A DNA stretch of 64,000 nt from Eubacteriales bacterium (GTDB lineage Bacteria; Bacillota; Clostridia; Oscillospirales; CAG-272). This document shows, piece by piece, positions 1-12,051 of this stretch. The translations under genes and the position numbers were made by a program. The notes under the pieces are model-generated. The model was not told where the DNA came from and did not search any database. It worked only from the letters and a program-made list of their open reading frames with translations. How positions within the stretch are numbered: position 1 is the stretch's first letter; each line of letters opens with the position of its first letter. The stretch covers positions 87,396 to 151,395 of the forward strand of contig JAZOOS010000012.1 in NCBI GenBank assembly GCA_045655185.1, in the 5' to 3' direction.

Positions 1-1443
1 GCCCGTGGTTCGATCAAGCAGCTTCGTCAGCTGGCAGGTATGCGCGGACTTATGTTCGCGACCGACGGTAAAACGCTGGAGATCCCGATCAAATCGAACT
101 TCCGCGAAGGTCTTACCATGCTTGAATACTTCATGGGCGCGAAGGGTTCGCGTAAATCGCTTTCGGATACCGCTCTTCGTACCGCTGACTCGGGTTATCT
201 TACCCGCCGTCTCGTAGACGTTTCGCAAGAGGTCATCATCCGTGAAGAGGATTGCGGCTCGCGCGAGGGTATCACCGTCAGCGCGATCACCGAAAACGGT
301 AAGCCGCTTGAATCGCTTTCCGAGCGTTTGAACGGCCGCTATACCATCGATCCCGTTCTGCATCCCGTAACCGGTAAGGTTATGGTCGAGGCAGGCGAGA
401 TGATCAGCGAGCCGATGGCCAAGGAGATCGAGGATGCCGGCGTTATCAGCGTTGAGGTCCGTTCGATCCTGCGCTGCCACGCGCGCCGCGGTGTTTGCGC
501 TCACTGCTACGGTGCCGACCTTGCTTCCGGCAAGCCCGTCAGCATCGGAGAAGCGGTCGGTGTTATCGCCGCCCAGTCGATCGGTGAGCCGGGTACCCAG
601 CTTACGATGAGAACCTTCCACACCGGTGGTGTTGCGGGTTCGGATATTACCCAGGGTCTGCCCCGTGTTGTCGAGCTGTTTGAAGCCCGCCGTCCGAAGA
701 AGACCGCTGTTGTTGCCGAAAGCGACGGTATCGCCCATATCATCGCCGATAAGAAGATCCACCACGTCCGCATCGACGTCGAGGGTGTTCCCGAATCGCA
801 GCAGAAGATCTACGATATCCCCTTCGGTATGCGCCTTATCATCGAGGACGGTGCCCCCGTCCACCGCGGTCAGGCTATGACCGAGGGTGCCCTGTATCCC
901 GTTGATATTCTCGAAAACAACGGCTTGCAGGCGGCCTACGACTATATCATCCGCGAGGTACAGAAGGTATACCGCGGTGAGGACGTTGAGATCAACGATA
1001 AGCACATCGAGGTTATCGCCCGTCAGATGACGCGCAAGGTGCGCGTGCTTGACCGCGGCGACACCGATCTGCTTGACGGTGCGATCGTCGACGTGATGGA
1101 GCTTGCGGCCGAGAACGAAGCCATTCAGGCTCGTATCGACGCCGGGGAGATCGGTCTGCGCGTGGCCGAAACCAAGCCCGAGCTGCTTGGTATCACCAAG
1201 GCCTCGCTGCGTACCGAGTCCTTCCTCTCCGCCGCTTCCTTCCAGGAAACGACGCGTATCCTTACGGCTGCCGCTATCCGCGGCAAGGTCGACCATCTGA
1301 CCGGGCTGAAGGAGAACGTCATCATCGGTAAGCTGATTCCCGCCGGTACGGGTCTTGACGCTTACCACAACATCGCCATTGAGGAGACCGAGACGGCCGA
1401 CGAAAGCAAATACGCGACCGTTGGCACCGCTGTCGCCGAATAA
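1..1443 (+). CDS. rpoC: RNA polymerase beta' subunit, C-terminal part (5'-truncated by window edge)
   Basis: Frame is open from base 1 ([18 protein letters not shown]). Contains [32 protein letters not shown] and [12 protein letters not shown]; directly upstream of rpsL. Confidence 0.99.
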   Translation, partial: ARGSIKQLRQLAGMRGLMFATDGKTLEIPIKSNFREGLTMLEYFMGAKGSRKSLSDTALRTADSGYLTRRLVDVSQEVIIREEDCGSREGITVSAITENGKPLESLSERLNGRYTIDPVLHPVTGKVMVEAGEMISEPMAKEIEDAGVISVEVRSILRCHARRGVCAHCYGADLASGKPVSIGEAVGVIAAQSIGEPGTQLTMRTFHTGGVAGSDITQGLPRVVELFEARRPKKTAVVAESDGIAHIIADKKIHHVRIDVEGVPESQQKIYDIPFGMRLIIEDGAPVHRGQAMTEGALYPVDILENNGLQAAYDYIIREVQKVYRGEDVEINDKHIEVIARQMTRKVRVLDRGDTDLLDGAIVDVMELAAENEAIQARIDAGEIGLRVAETKPELLGITKASLRTESFLSAASFQETTRILTAAAIRGKVDHLTGLKENVIIGKLIPAGTGLDAYHNIAIEETETADESKYATVGTAVAE

Positions 1444-1446
1444 GAA

Positions 1447-1480
1447 AAAAGCGCCGCTACCGCCCGGTAACGGCGCTTTT
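1447..1480 (+). terminator. Intrinsic terminator after rpoC
   Basis: AAAAGCGCCG-CTACCG...CGGTAA-CGGCGCTTTT hairpin followed by a T-rich tract. Confidence 0.8.
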
Positions 1481-1534
1481 ATTATATTTTTATATAATAA
1501 TCGAAAAAAAGCAAAGAAAAAAGAATAAAAATCC

Positions 1535-1563
1535 TTGACAAGTGGGAAGGCTTATGTTAAAAT
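1535..1563 (+). promoter_or_regulatory. SigA promoter of the str operon
   Basis: TTGACA-17 bp-TAAAAT with extended -10 TG and an A-rich upstream tract. Confidence 0.8.
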
Positions 1564-1664
1564 AAACTGTATTTTTATGGATACGAAGAAAAAAGATCCG
1601 TAAAAAAATGTTATATCGTGCGAAAGCATCGTATATAAACAAAATCGCAGGAAGGAGGAAGATC

Positions 1665-2078
1665 ATGCCAACCTTTAACCAGCTCATTAAGAACGGCCGC
1701 TCGAAGTCCGAGTACAAGTCGAAGGCGCCTGTGTTGCAGCACGGCTTTAACAGCCTCACCAACAAGCCTACCGATTTAAGCTCGCCCCAGAAGCGTGGCG
1801 TTTGCACCAAGGTTACCACGACCAGCCCTAAGAAGCCGAACTCTGCTCTTCGTAAGATCGCGAGAGTCCGTCTTACCAACGGGATGGAAGCGACGACCTA
1901 CATTCCCGGTATCGGGCACAACCTGCAGGAGCACTCGGTTGTCCTTATCAGAGGCGGCCGTGTACGTGACCTGCCTGGTGTACGTTATCACATTATCCGT
2001 GGTACGCTCGACGCGCAGGGTGTTGCAAACCGCAACCAGAGTCGTTCCAAGTACGGCGCGAAGCGCCCGAAGAAGTAA
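1665..2078 (+). CDS. rpsL: 30S ribosomal protein S12
   Basis: MPTFNQL start after AAGGAGG; [10 protein letters not shown] and [13 protein letters not shown] motifs. Confidence 0.99.
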   Translation: MPTFNQLIKNGRSKSEYKSKAPVLQHGFNSLTNKPTDLSSPQKRGVCTKVTTTSPKKPNSALRKIARVRLTNGMEATTYIPGIGHNLQEHSVVLIRGGRVRDLPGVRYHIIRGTLDAQGVANRNQSRSKYGAKRPKK

Positions 2079-2085
2079 GCTGGCC

Positions 2086-2214
2086 ACTCATCTTGCATGA
2101 GGGCAAGCACGTGCCGTCATAGCAAACTGTGATTTTGTTTATAAACTCGTTTATATCCTTAATCCCTATGCCTGACGCGCACTAACGAAAGGTAACTTTC
2201 GAGTACCGATGAGT
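2086..2214 (+). promoter_or_regulatory. Structured rpsL-rpsG intercistronic RNA (candidate S7 autoregulatory element)
   Basis: Outer stem ACTCATC/GATGAGT encloses hairpins CTTGC/GCAAG, GTGC-CGTCA/TGACG-GCAC and CGAAAG/CTTTCG. Confidence 0.5.
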
Positions 2215-2245
2215 TCATCTAAAATTTATGAAGGAGGGAAGTACA

Positions 2246-2716
2246 GTGCCGAGAAGAGGTCAGATTTCCAAGAGAGAAGTTCTGCCGGATCCGATGTATA
2301 ACTCGCAGCTCGTTACGAAGCTGATCAACAACGTTATGCTCGACGGTAAGAAGGGCGTTGCGCAGAAGATCGTTTACGATGCTTTTGCCGCAATCGAAGA
2401 AAAGACCGGTGAGAACGCGTTCGACGTATTCACCAAAGCTCTTGAAAATATTATGCCGGTTCTGGAAGTAAAGGCTCGCCGTGTCGGTGGCTCTAACTAC
2501 CAGGTACCGATGGAGGTTCGGGCGGAGCGCCGCCAGACCCTCGGTCTTCGTTGGCTCATCATGTTCGCAAGAACGCGCGGTGAGAAAACGATGGCTGAAA
2601 GACTTGCAGCAGAGATCCTTGACGCGAAGGCCGAAGCGGGTGGCGCTTTCAAGAAGAAAGAAGAAACCCACCGTATGGCCGAAGCCAACAAGGCTTTTGC
2701 TCACTACAGATATTAA
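2246..2716 (+). CDS. rpsG: 30S ribosomal protein S7
   Basis: GTG start (MPRRG) after AAGGAGG; [11 protein letters not shown] and [12 protein letters not shown]. Confidence 0.99.
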   Translation: MPRRGQISKREVLPDPMYNSQLVTKLINNVMLDGKKGVAQKIVYDAFAAIEEKTGENAFDVFTKALENIMPVLEVKARRVGGSNYQVPMEVRAERRQTLGLRWLIMFARTRGEKTMAERLAAEILDAKAEAGGAFKKKEETHRMAEANKAFAHYRY

Positions 2717-2749
2717 TCGTATAAGACAGAATAATTAAGGAGAAAGAAA

Positions 2750-4831
<2,082 letters not shown>

Positions 4832-4875
4832 TTAATTTAAGTAAAAACAATTAACATTTTAGGAGGAAAACCAAA

Positions 4876-6081
4876 ATGGCAAAGCAGAAATTCGAAAGAA
4901 CCAAACCCCACGTCAACATTGGTACTATCGGCCACGTTGACCACGGCAAAACCACCCTTACCGCTGCAATCACCAAGACCCTTTCCCTGAAGCAGGGTAA
5001 CGTTGAGTTCTTGGCCTATGACCAGATCGACAACGCTCCCGAAGAAAGAGCCAGAGGTATCACGATCAACACCCGTCACGTTGAGTACGAGACCGACAAC
5101 CGTCACTACGCTCACGTTGACTGCCCCGGACACGCCGACTATGTTAAAAACATGATCACCGGTGCTGCCCAGATGGACGGCGCGATCCTCGTTGTTGCCG
5201 GTACCGACGGTCCTCTCCAGCAGACCCGCGAGCACGTTCTGCTCGCCCGTCAGGTTGGCGTTCCCGCTATCGTTGTTTTCATGAACAAGTGCGATATCGT
5301 TGACGACGAAGAGCTTCTCGACCTCGTCGAGATGGAAGTTCGTGACCTCCTCTCCGAGTACGACTTCCCGGGTGATGACATTCCGATCGTCCGCGGCTCT
5401 GCCCGTGAGGCCCTCGAAAGCGCCAGCACCGATCTCAGCTCGCCTGAGTACGCTTGCATCGTTGAGCTTATGAACGAAGTCGACAGCTATATCCCGACCC
5501 CCGCTCGTAACGACGATATGCCCTTCCTTATGCCTGTTGAAGACGTCTTCTCGATCTCCGGCCGTGGTACCGTTGCTACCGGTCGTGTTGAGAGAGGTGT
5601 CATTCACATGAACGATACCGTTGAGCTTGTTGGTCTTACCGATGAGCGCCGCAACACCGTTGTTACCGGTATCGAAATGTTCCACAAGCTCCTCGACGAG
5701 GCCGAGGCCGGCGATAACGTTGGTCTTCTCCTCCGTGGTGTTCAGAAGAACGAGATCGAAAGAGGTCAGGTTCTCTGCAAGCCCGGCTCCATCGATCCTC
5801 ACACCAAGTTCGTAGGCCAGGTCTACGTTCTTACCGAGAAGGAAGGCGGCCGTCAAAAGCCCTTCTTCTCCGGCTACCGTCCTCAGTTCTATTTCCGTAC
5901 CACCGACGTTACCGGTACCATTAAGCTGCCCGAGGGCACCGAAATGTGCCGCCCCGGTGATAACGTTGATATGACTGTTGAGCTTATCACGCCTATCGCT
6001 ATTGAAAAGGGTCTGCGCTTCGCTATCCGTGAAGGCGGCAGAACCGTCGGTTCCGGCGTCGTTGCCGAAATCAACGCCTAA
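4876..6081 (+). CDS. tuf: Elongation factor Tu
   Basis: [37 protein letters not shown]. Confidence 0.99.
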   Translation: MAKQKFERTKPHVNIGTIGHVDHGKTTLTAAITKTLSLKQGNVEFLAYDQIDNAPEERARGITINTRHVEYETDNRHYAHVDCPGHADYVKNMITGAAQMDGAILVVAGTDGPLQQTREHVLLARQVGVPAIVVFMNKCDIVDDEELLDLVEMEVRDLLSEYDFPGDDIPIVRGSAREALESASTDLSSPEYACIVELMNEVDSYIPTPARNDDMPFLMPVEDVFSISGRGTVATGRVERGVIHMNDTVELVGLTDERRNTVVTGIEMFHKLLDEAEAGDNVGLLLRGVQKNEIERGQVLCKPGSIDPHTKFVGQVYVLTEKEGGRQKPFFSGYRPQFYFRTTDVTGTIKLPEGTEMCRPGDNVDMTVELITPIAIEKGLRFAIREGGRTVGSGVVAEINA

Positions 6082-6095
6082 TTCGTTTTAGTGCG

Positions 6096-6136
6096 GCGGG
6101 TGCGTACCGAAAGGCACGCACCCGTTCTTTTATTTT
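6096..6136 (+). terminator. Intrinsic terminator after tuf
   Basis: GCGGGTGCGTACC-GAAA-GGCACGCACCCGT followed by a T-rich tract. Confidence 0.85.
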
Positions 6137-6194
6137 CGATCGCCAAGGGAAATCCTTTCCCCTTTCGGCGTTCTATGCTTACGAGAGGTTTCCT

Positions 6195-6857
6195 ATGCAA
6201 AAGAAATCTTCCTTTTCGGTTCAGAAAATGACCTTTACGGCCGTCTTTTGCGCCCTTGCCTTTATCGTTTCACTCGTACCTATGCCGAAGGTCATGTTTT
6301 TGACCTTTGACGTAAAGGATGCGCTTATTATTATGGCGGGAATGCTCTTCGGCCCCTCGGCCGCCCTTTCGATCTCGGTGGCCATTCCTCTGCTTGAAAT
6401 GATCACCACCAGTGCGACGGGGCCTTGGGGAATGCTGATGAATTTTTTTTCCAGCGCTTCCTTCGCTTTTGTCGGTTCCTTGATCTACAAAAAGAAAAAA
6501 ACGCTTCGGGGTGCTATACTCGGGCTTCTTTCCGCCGTCCTTTCGCAGGTTGCGGTCATGATCTTGGCCAATCTTTTGATCACCCCCATTTACATGGGTG
6601 TTTCCCGCGAAACCGTTCTCGGCTTATTGCTTCCGCTCTTCGTTCCCTTTAATCTCACAAAAGCGGTACTCAACGCTTCTCTTGCGATGATGCTGTATAA
6701 GCCGATCTCCAATATATTAAAGCGTGCCCATATCCTTTCGGGTATTCCCGATTTTAAATTTACCAAGAGAAGCATGCTCATCTTCTTTTTCTCGCTTACC
6801 TTGGTGGTCATCGCCACCGTCGTCCTTTTCGTCGCCCTGAACGCGACCTTTGCGTAA
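6195..6857 (+). CDS. ECF transporter S component (RibU-like; substrate uncertain)
   Basis: Several hydrophobic helices; FLTFDVKD, GMLFGP and PFNLTKA patterns typical of S components. Confidence 0.75.
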   Translation: MQKKSSFSVQKMTFTAVFCALAFIVSLVPMPKVMFLTFDVKDALIIMAGMLFGPSAALSISVAIPLLEMITTSATGPWGMLMNFFSSASFAFVGSLIYKKKKTLRGAILGLLSAVLSQVAVMILANLLITPIYMGVSRETVLGLLLPLFVPFNLTKAVLNASLAMMLYKPISNILKRAHILSGIPDFKFTKRSMLIFFFSLTLVVIATVVLFVALNATFA

Positions 6858-6861
6858 AGCT

Positions 6862-7560
6862 ATGGAAACGATGTTTTGCCGTACCGAAGCCCTGTACGGA
6901 AAGGAAGCGGTCGAAAGACTGCAAAGGGCAAACGTTCTGCTGCTGGGGCTTGGAGGGGTTGGCGGCTACGTGCTGGAGGCCCTTACTCGCACGGGGGTAG
7001 GGAAGCTTACGCTCTGTGATTTTGATGTTGTTTCCCCTTCGAATATCAACCGCCAGATCTTGGCAAACCAAGAGAACGTTGGGCAGAAAAAGGCCGAGGT
7101 CGCAAAAAAACGCGCCCTTGCCATTAACCCTGATGTTGAAATTTCTCTTTGGCAAGAAAAGGTCACCGAGGAAAGCGCGAAAGACCTCATCAACAGCGCC
7201 CCCTTCGATTTTATCATCGACGCTATTGACGACGTGCGCGCCAAGCTTGCCGTGATCGAGTCGGCCGTTTCCCAAAACATTCCGATCATTTCCTCGCTCG
7301 GCACCGCCAACCGCCGCGATCCGTCCCTTCTTTCGATCACCGATCTTTCGAAAACCGTGGGGTGCCCCTTGGCCAGATCAATGCGCGCGGGGCTTCGCAA
7401 AAAGAATATTACCCACTTACCTGTTCTTTTCAGCCGAGAAGAGCCACAGGAGAGCCGTGATCCCGCTATCCGCCTCTCCTCCTCGGTCTTCGTGCCGGCA
7501 ACGGCGGGGCTCCTTTTGGCCTCTTACGTTGTTGAAGAACTGATAAAGAATATAGTATAA
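6862..7560 (+). CDS. tcdA: tRNA threonylcarbamoyladenosine dehydratase (ThiF/TcdA family)
   Basis: GLGGVGG nucleotide-binding motif, SNINRQ, CPLAR; length about 230 aa. Confidence 0.85.
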   Translation: METMFCRTEALYGKEAVERLQRANVLLLGLGGVGGYVLEALTRTGVGKLTLCDFDVVSPSNINRQILANQENVGQKKAEVAKKRALAINPDVEISLWQEKVTEESAKDLINSAPFDFIIDAIDDVRAKLAVIESAVSQNIPIISSLGTANRRDPSLLSITDLSKTVGCPLARSMRAGLRKKNITHLPVLFSREEPQESRDPAIRLSSSVFVPATAGLLLASYVVEELIKNIV

Positions 7561-7741
7561 GCAATTTGAACAAATAAAAAAAGAAAAAAGCGGAAATGGG
7601 GAGAAAGCGCTCGTTTTTTTTAAAAGTTGAAGCGACGCGCGGTTTTCAAAACCTGAAAAATCCCTTTATTCTTTGCTTTTTTCTTTTTGTTCAAAAGGGA
7701 AAGCACCATTTTGTGCATAGTGCCGATTTTTTATAAAAACC

Positions 7742-7771
7742 TTTACAAAAGCCCTTCCCCCGTGCTATAAT
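7742..7771 (+). promoter_or_regulatory. SigA-like promoter of the CBM9-like lipoprotein gene
   Basis: TTTACA-18 bp-TATAAT with extended -10 TG. Confidence 0.6.
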
Positions 7772-7836
7772 CATAGTAGAAGGTGCATGCCTTGATGCAT
7801 TTGTCGCTCAAAAAAATATTTATAAGGAGAAAACAG

Positions 7837-9546
7837 ATGAAAAACAGCATGAAACTCGTAGTCGTTGCGCTTGCCTTGTTCGTTTTTGCTACCTTTGCGG
7901 CAGCTTGCGGACCTCTTGGAACCACTCCGACTACCACTGAGGCGCCCGTCACCACGACTGAAACGCCTGCGACCACCACGGTCGTCACCACGACCGATCC
8001 CGTCACCACGACCGATCCCTCTGCTCAGAAAGAGGATATCAGCGGAGGCATTCGTTTCCAGGATAAGACGGCTGAGTTTACCGGTTTTGCTATCGCCGCT
8101 AATAATTACAAAGTACAAGGTGCGAACACAGAGATTCTTAAGATTGCTTACACCTTTAAGGATTCCACCGGTGCGACTGTTGAGAATCCGGTCAATGTTG
8201 GCAGCTACGAAGTGACCGCGACCTTCTCGTTCAAGGACGCTGAGTATGCCGAGGAATATTTGCTGCCCGCTCCTATGACTGCCACCCTTGAGGTTTTGCC
8301 TGTTGATGCGCAGTCTATTCTGGCCTTTGGCTTTGAGGGTGTTGACGCAGACAAAAACATGTTTGTCTATTATTACGACGGTTGCGAATACCAGATCGTT
8401 GTTGGCGATCTGCCTGTCGGTCTTACCGTTTCCTATGAAATGGTGCAGATCAAGGATGAAAACGGCGATGATATGTCCTATACGGTTCCCACCGACTCGG
8501 TAACCGGTATTCCTTCCGCGGTTGCGGCCGGTACATACATTGTTACCGCCACCTTTACCGATGAGGGTGGCAACTACAACACCGATTCGTACCCGGCGAT
8601 GACCGCCACCCTGGTTGTTGAGACCAACCGCAATCAGGTTCTTAAGTATACGCCCAACGTCGACGGTGTGCTGGATGCCGCTTACCTGAAATCCGCCCAC
8701 TATGAGACCACGCTGGATGAGACTGCCGATCCCGAAGATTACTGCATCTTCACGAAGATTTCCAGTTCCTCGACTACTTTCGGCGCCAAAGCTAAAGTTT
8801 ACTACCTCTGGGACGGTGATTACGTCTACATCTGCATGGTTGTTACTGATAACACCTATTATCCCCGTCACGAAGACTATGTTCGTCAGCCTGACCCGTG
8901 GAAGAACGACGGTGCTGAGATCTACTACTACTTCGGTGGATATGAGCAGCCTGAAGTCGACCCTCTCAAAATTTATCCTGTCTATTCGGCCTTCACGACC
9001 GACTCGCTCGGCCGCGGCGAACAGAGTACGTCTAGCGCCGTCGCTTCTATCCCCAGCGGTAAGAATTTGACCTTCACGAACGTTGCGGAAATTTCGGCCG
9101 TTCCCGCCCAGCGCTCGGCTTACTATAATCAGATCCTCTGCGCTACCACGCATGAAACGGCCCAACCGGGTCAGCCTTACTCCTATATTGTAGAGGCAGC
9201 TCTTCCTGCCAAGAGCGAAACTCTTGCCGGTGGTGAAAACGGTAAGGTGGAAGGCAACCAGATCATCTACAAGAACGAGGGTGAAGCGATCAGCGCCGGT
9301 GAGTTTGGTTGGGTCTGCATCCAGCTCAACGATGTTACGTATCTTAATCCTGATGTTCCTGACGTACCCCCTACTGACGTTCCTAAGTATCATACAAACC
9401 CCGACGGAACCCTCGGCTCTAGGACCGACGAATGGACAACTTACGAAACAAACGTGGGAGCCAAAGTTGAGTGTTATTCGAACCGTCAAACTCCCGAACG
9501 CTTTAACTTCGTCCAGTTCTCGAATGATGCTCCTGTTTTCGATTAA
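7837..9546 (+). CDS. Lipoprotein with Thr-rich linker, two MBG/Ig-like repeats and a CBM9/DOMON-like sugar-binding domain
   Basis: AAGGAG RBS; lipobox FAAAC; TTT-rich stalk. Repeats NVGSYEVTATF...MTATLEV and AAGTYIVTATF...MTATLVV. CBM9-like pattern PNVDGVLD...YYLWDGDYVYI...VTD...WKNDGAEIY. Confidence 0.7.
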   Translation: MKNSMKLVVVALALFVFATFAAACGPLGTTPTTTEAPVTTTETPATTTVVTTTDPVTTTDPSAQKEDISGGIRFQDKTAEFTGFAIAANNYKVQGANTEILKIAYTFKDSTGATVENPVNVGSYEVTATFSFKDAEYAEEYLLPAPMTATLEVLPVDAQSILAFGFEGVDADKNMFVYYYDGCEYQIVVGDLPVGLTVSYEMVQIKDENGDDMSYTVPTDSVTGIPSAVAAGTYIVTATFTDEGGNYNTDSYPAMTATLVVETNRNQVLKYTPNVDGVLDAAYLKSAHYETTLDETADPEDYCIFTKISSSSTTFGAKAKVYYLWDGDYVYICMVVTDNTYYPRHEDYVRQPDPWKNDGAEIYYYFGGYEQPEVDPLKIYPVYSAFTTDSLGRGEQSTSSAVASIPSGKNLTFTNVAEISAVPAQRSAYYNQILCATTHETAQPGQPYSYIVEAALPAKSETLAGGENGKVEGNQIIYKNEGEAISAGEFGWVCIQLNDVTYLNPDVPDVPPTDVPKYHTNPDGTLGSRTDEWTTYETNVGAKVECYSNRQTPERFNFVQFSNDAPVFD

Positions 9547-9567
9547 TAATCAGCAAGCATGACGAGT

Positions 9568-9600
9568 AAAGAAAAATCCCCTACGGGGGATTTTTCTTTT
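9568..9600 (+). terminator. Intrinsic terminator
   Basis: AAAGAAAAATCCCC-TAC-GGGGGATTTTTCTTTT. Confidence 0.85.
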
Positions 9601-9716
9601 TGCTTATAACAAAATGATGCGGTGCACCCAAGGTTCAAAAAGCTGTAAAACCTATAAAAGCGAGAGGAAAAAGCCTTTATATGTCAAAGGCTGTCCGCAT
9701 ACCCGCAATAGGTAGT

Positions 9717-9758
9717 AAAAGAAGAGGCCCCTGCGCCACATATGCCGCAGGGGCCTTT
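9717..9758 (-). terminator. Terminator of lipoprotein paralog 1
   Basis: AGGCCCCTGCG...CGCAGGGGCCT stem with a T-rich tail on the minus strand. Confidence 0.75.
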
Positions 9759-9776
9759 AATTCTCGTAGATTGAAT

Positions 9777-11939
9777 TTATTGTGCAGGGGAGAGCTTAAC
9801 GATTACGTATCCCTTATTCGCGCAGGACACCGAAATCCTTCCGTTCGTAACCTTCTCGGAATTGACGGTGAAGCTATCGCTCGTTTCAACAATCGAAATA
9901 TCCATGTCATTCATGTAATCGGGAAGCACGACTTCTTTCCCGTCCAGTGACTTTTGCGTGTGCAGGGAAAGCACGATCTCATCGCCTACCCAGTAATGGT
10001 TCTTCGCGATAAAATCCTCGTCGGTCTTGACAGAGGGGATACGGTAAGCGATAAACGAAAGGTTCTCACCAGCCTCAAAGGGAATGCCGCGGCTGTTACG
10101 GAAGAGGTGTGGGTACATCTTCTGGGTCGTGTGGCACCAGCCGAAGGGGTCGTCGCCCTGAATATAGCTCATTCGGCTTTCGGGCGTCGCGTCTCCATAC
10201 AACGGGTAATACCCAAGGTTCATGGCGGTAGCACCGTCTGCTGAGGTCATCTGGAAGTAGCTGCTGGTTGGCTGATTGGGATCCAAGAGATCGGAAAGGG
10301 TCCACTCAACACTCTTGCCGCTTACTTGCGCCACAGGGGAGGAAGCAACCTTGGTGCCGGGCAGGTATACATATTGGGTGCTTGTGGGCATCATGCAGGA
10401 TTGCACACCTGACATAGAGGTGGCGGTCACAGCGGTCTTAAAGGTGTAGTCGTTATACACGACGGTAGCGCCGTTCTTGTGGAAACGGTACGTGACATCA
10501 ACCGTCACGTAAGCGTCCTTGATCTCTTCATCGTAGTGGCTTTGGTTATCGTTGCTGCCGACGTTGTCCATCAGGTACTGAAGAACGGCGGGCAGATAGA
10601 TGATATCGTAGGTCTCGTGGAAATCAACGAACTCGCAGTCATAAACGCCGTCAACAGAAAGGTCGATCTCCTTTGTGCCGTTAAGGTAGGCGTGTTGTTT
10701 AACATGGTTGGTTGCACCAAAGAATTGCAAACGCTTGCTTTCCTTCGAGGCGGTGATCGTCTTTTTGCTTCCGGTATTTGAAACTTGGGTAAGCGTGCTT
10801 CCCTCATTGATCGAAACCGCGTTGAAGATCCCGCTTTGCATCGAACCGTCGTCAAAGGGGCAGAACCAGGCGTATTCGGTACCCCCATTGTCGTCTTGCG
10901 TGCGGACCTTGACCAAAACAAACTTTTTGGTTCCCATCTGCCAGACCGAGCCAATATCCTCTTCGGTTAAGGCTGCCGTATTGGGGATCGCGGAAATGAT
11001 GTTATAGCCGTGGTTTGCGCCGATATAGGTGCCGTTGAAGAAAAGGGGGGTCACGTCATCATCGGAATACTTGAAGCGGGTGCCGCCTGTTACCTGGTCG
11101 GTTTTGGTGCTTGCGGGCACCTCATAGTTGCCGCTGATGTTAAAGTTCATATTGGCAGAGCCGTGCAGGCGTGCGTCAGTAACGAAATGGTAGCCATCCC
11201 GTCCCCATTCGGTCGCTCGGAAGCGTAAGTACGCGCCATTTGTCGTATGAGGATGGTTTTTGTTGGTCGACTTCGTGCTGTTGGTTTCTTGCTTGACGGT
11301 AAAAATGAAGCCGTTACCCATGGAAGCATTCTCCTGTTTTCCGTATTCCGCTTGGTTTAAAAGGGCGGTAAGGATCGGCACGCCGTTTACTGCCGCTACA
11401 CGGCCCGAGGGGGCAAAATCAGTCCAATCGGGAGCAAAAAGATTGGCGGTGTATTGTAGCTTGCCATTCATTTCGCGGATATAAAGCGTCAGCGGCACAG
11501 GCTCGCTACCGTTGAGAATGATCTCGGCGCGGTTAAGCGAGGCGTTTTCTTGAAAACGAAGCGAAACCACGCGGGTGTCTGTATCAAAATCAAAGCCAAG
11601 GAAGGTGGCACTGTTGAAGCCTTCACGCAGGCCAATTTCGGTTACCAGGTTCTGTGTGGTCTTGTCCTGATATTTTATGATCAGCTTCGTGCCGTCGCCG
11701 GAAAGCGAGACCGATTTGATCGGGTTTTGCGAGATTTCGACGGGTGCGGTGGTGGTTACGGGCACGGTCGTGGTTACGGGTGCGGTGGTGGTAATGGGAT
11801 CGACCGTGGTGGTGGTCGGGACCCCGCCGGTGGTCGTTACGGGCGGCATCAACGTGCTGAAATCAAAGGCGCAGGAAGAAAAGCACAGGACCGCGAAAAC
11901 GATCAGAAACAGAAATAAAAATAAGCGTGCGTGTTTCAC
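9777..11939 (-). CDS. Uncharacterised surface lipoprotein, paralog 1 of 3 (720 aa)
   Basis: GTG start after AGGAGG; lipobox FSSC; P/T-rich linker; colinear with the two neighbouring ORFs. Confidence 0.85.
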   Translation of the reverse strand: MKHARLFLFLFLIVFAVLCFSSCAFDFSTLMPPVTTTGGVPTTTTVDPITTTAPVTTTVPVTTTAPVEISQNPIKSVSLSGDGTKLIIKYQDKTTQNLVTEIGLREGFNSATFLGFDFDTDTRVVSLRFQENASLNRAEIILNGSEPVPLTLYIREMNGKLQYTANLFAPDWTDFAPSGRVAAVNGVPILTALLNQAEYGKQENASMGNGFIFTVKQETNSTKSTNKNHPHTTNGAYLRFRATEWGRDGYHFVTDARLHGSANMNFNISGNYEVPASTKTDQVTGGTRFKYSDDDVTPLFFNGTYIGANHGYNIISAIPNTAALTEEDIGSVWQMGTKKFVLVKVRTQDDNGGTEYAWFCPFDDGSMQSGIFNAVSINEGSTLTQVSNTGSKKTITASKESKRLQFFGATNHVKQHAYLNGTKEIDLSVDGVYDCEFVDFHETYDIIYLPAVLQYLMDNVGSNDNQSHYDEEIKDAYVTVDVTYRFHKNGATVVYNDYTFKTAVTATSMSGVQSCMMPTSTQYVYLPGTKVASSPVAQVSGKSVEWTLSDLLDPNQPTSSYFQMTSADGATAMNLGYYPLYGDATPESRMSYIQGDDPFGWCHTTQKMYPHLFRNSRGIPFEAGENLSFIAYRIPSVKTDEDFIAKNHYWVGDEIVLSLHTQKSLDGKEVVLPDYMNDMDISIVETSDSFTVNSEKVTNGRISVSCANKGYVIVKLSPAQ

Positions 11940-11999
11940 AAATGGACCTCCTAAAGATATTTATAATTTACCATGTATAGTATACCATATATAATAAGA

Positions 12000-12041
12000 A
12001 AAAGCAACAAGCATTTTGTCTAAAAACGCTTGTTGCTTTTT
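12000..12041 (-). terminator. Terminator between paralogs 2 and 1
   Basis: AAAAGCAACAAGC...GCTTGTTGCTTTT inverted repeat; one arm overlaps a TTGCTT-17-TATACT promoter for paralog 1. Confidence 0.75.
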
Positions 12042-12051
12042 GTGGCTTTGC

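Noticed and set aside
6137-6194. FMN or other riboswitch ahead of the ECF S component
   Set aside because: Only about 60 nt with one simple hairpin; no FMN, TPP or THF consensus.
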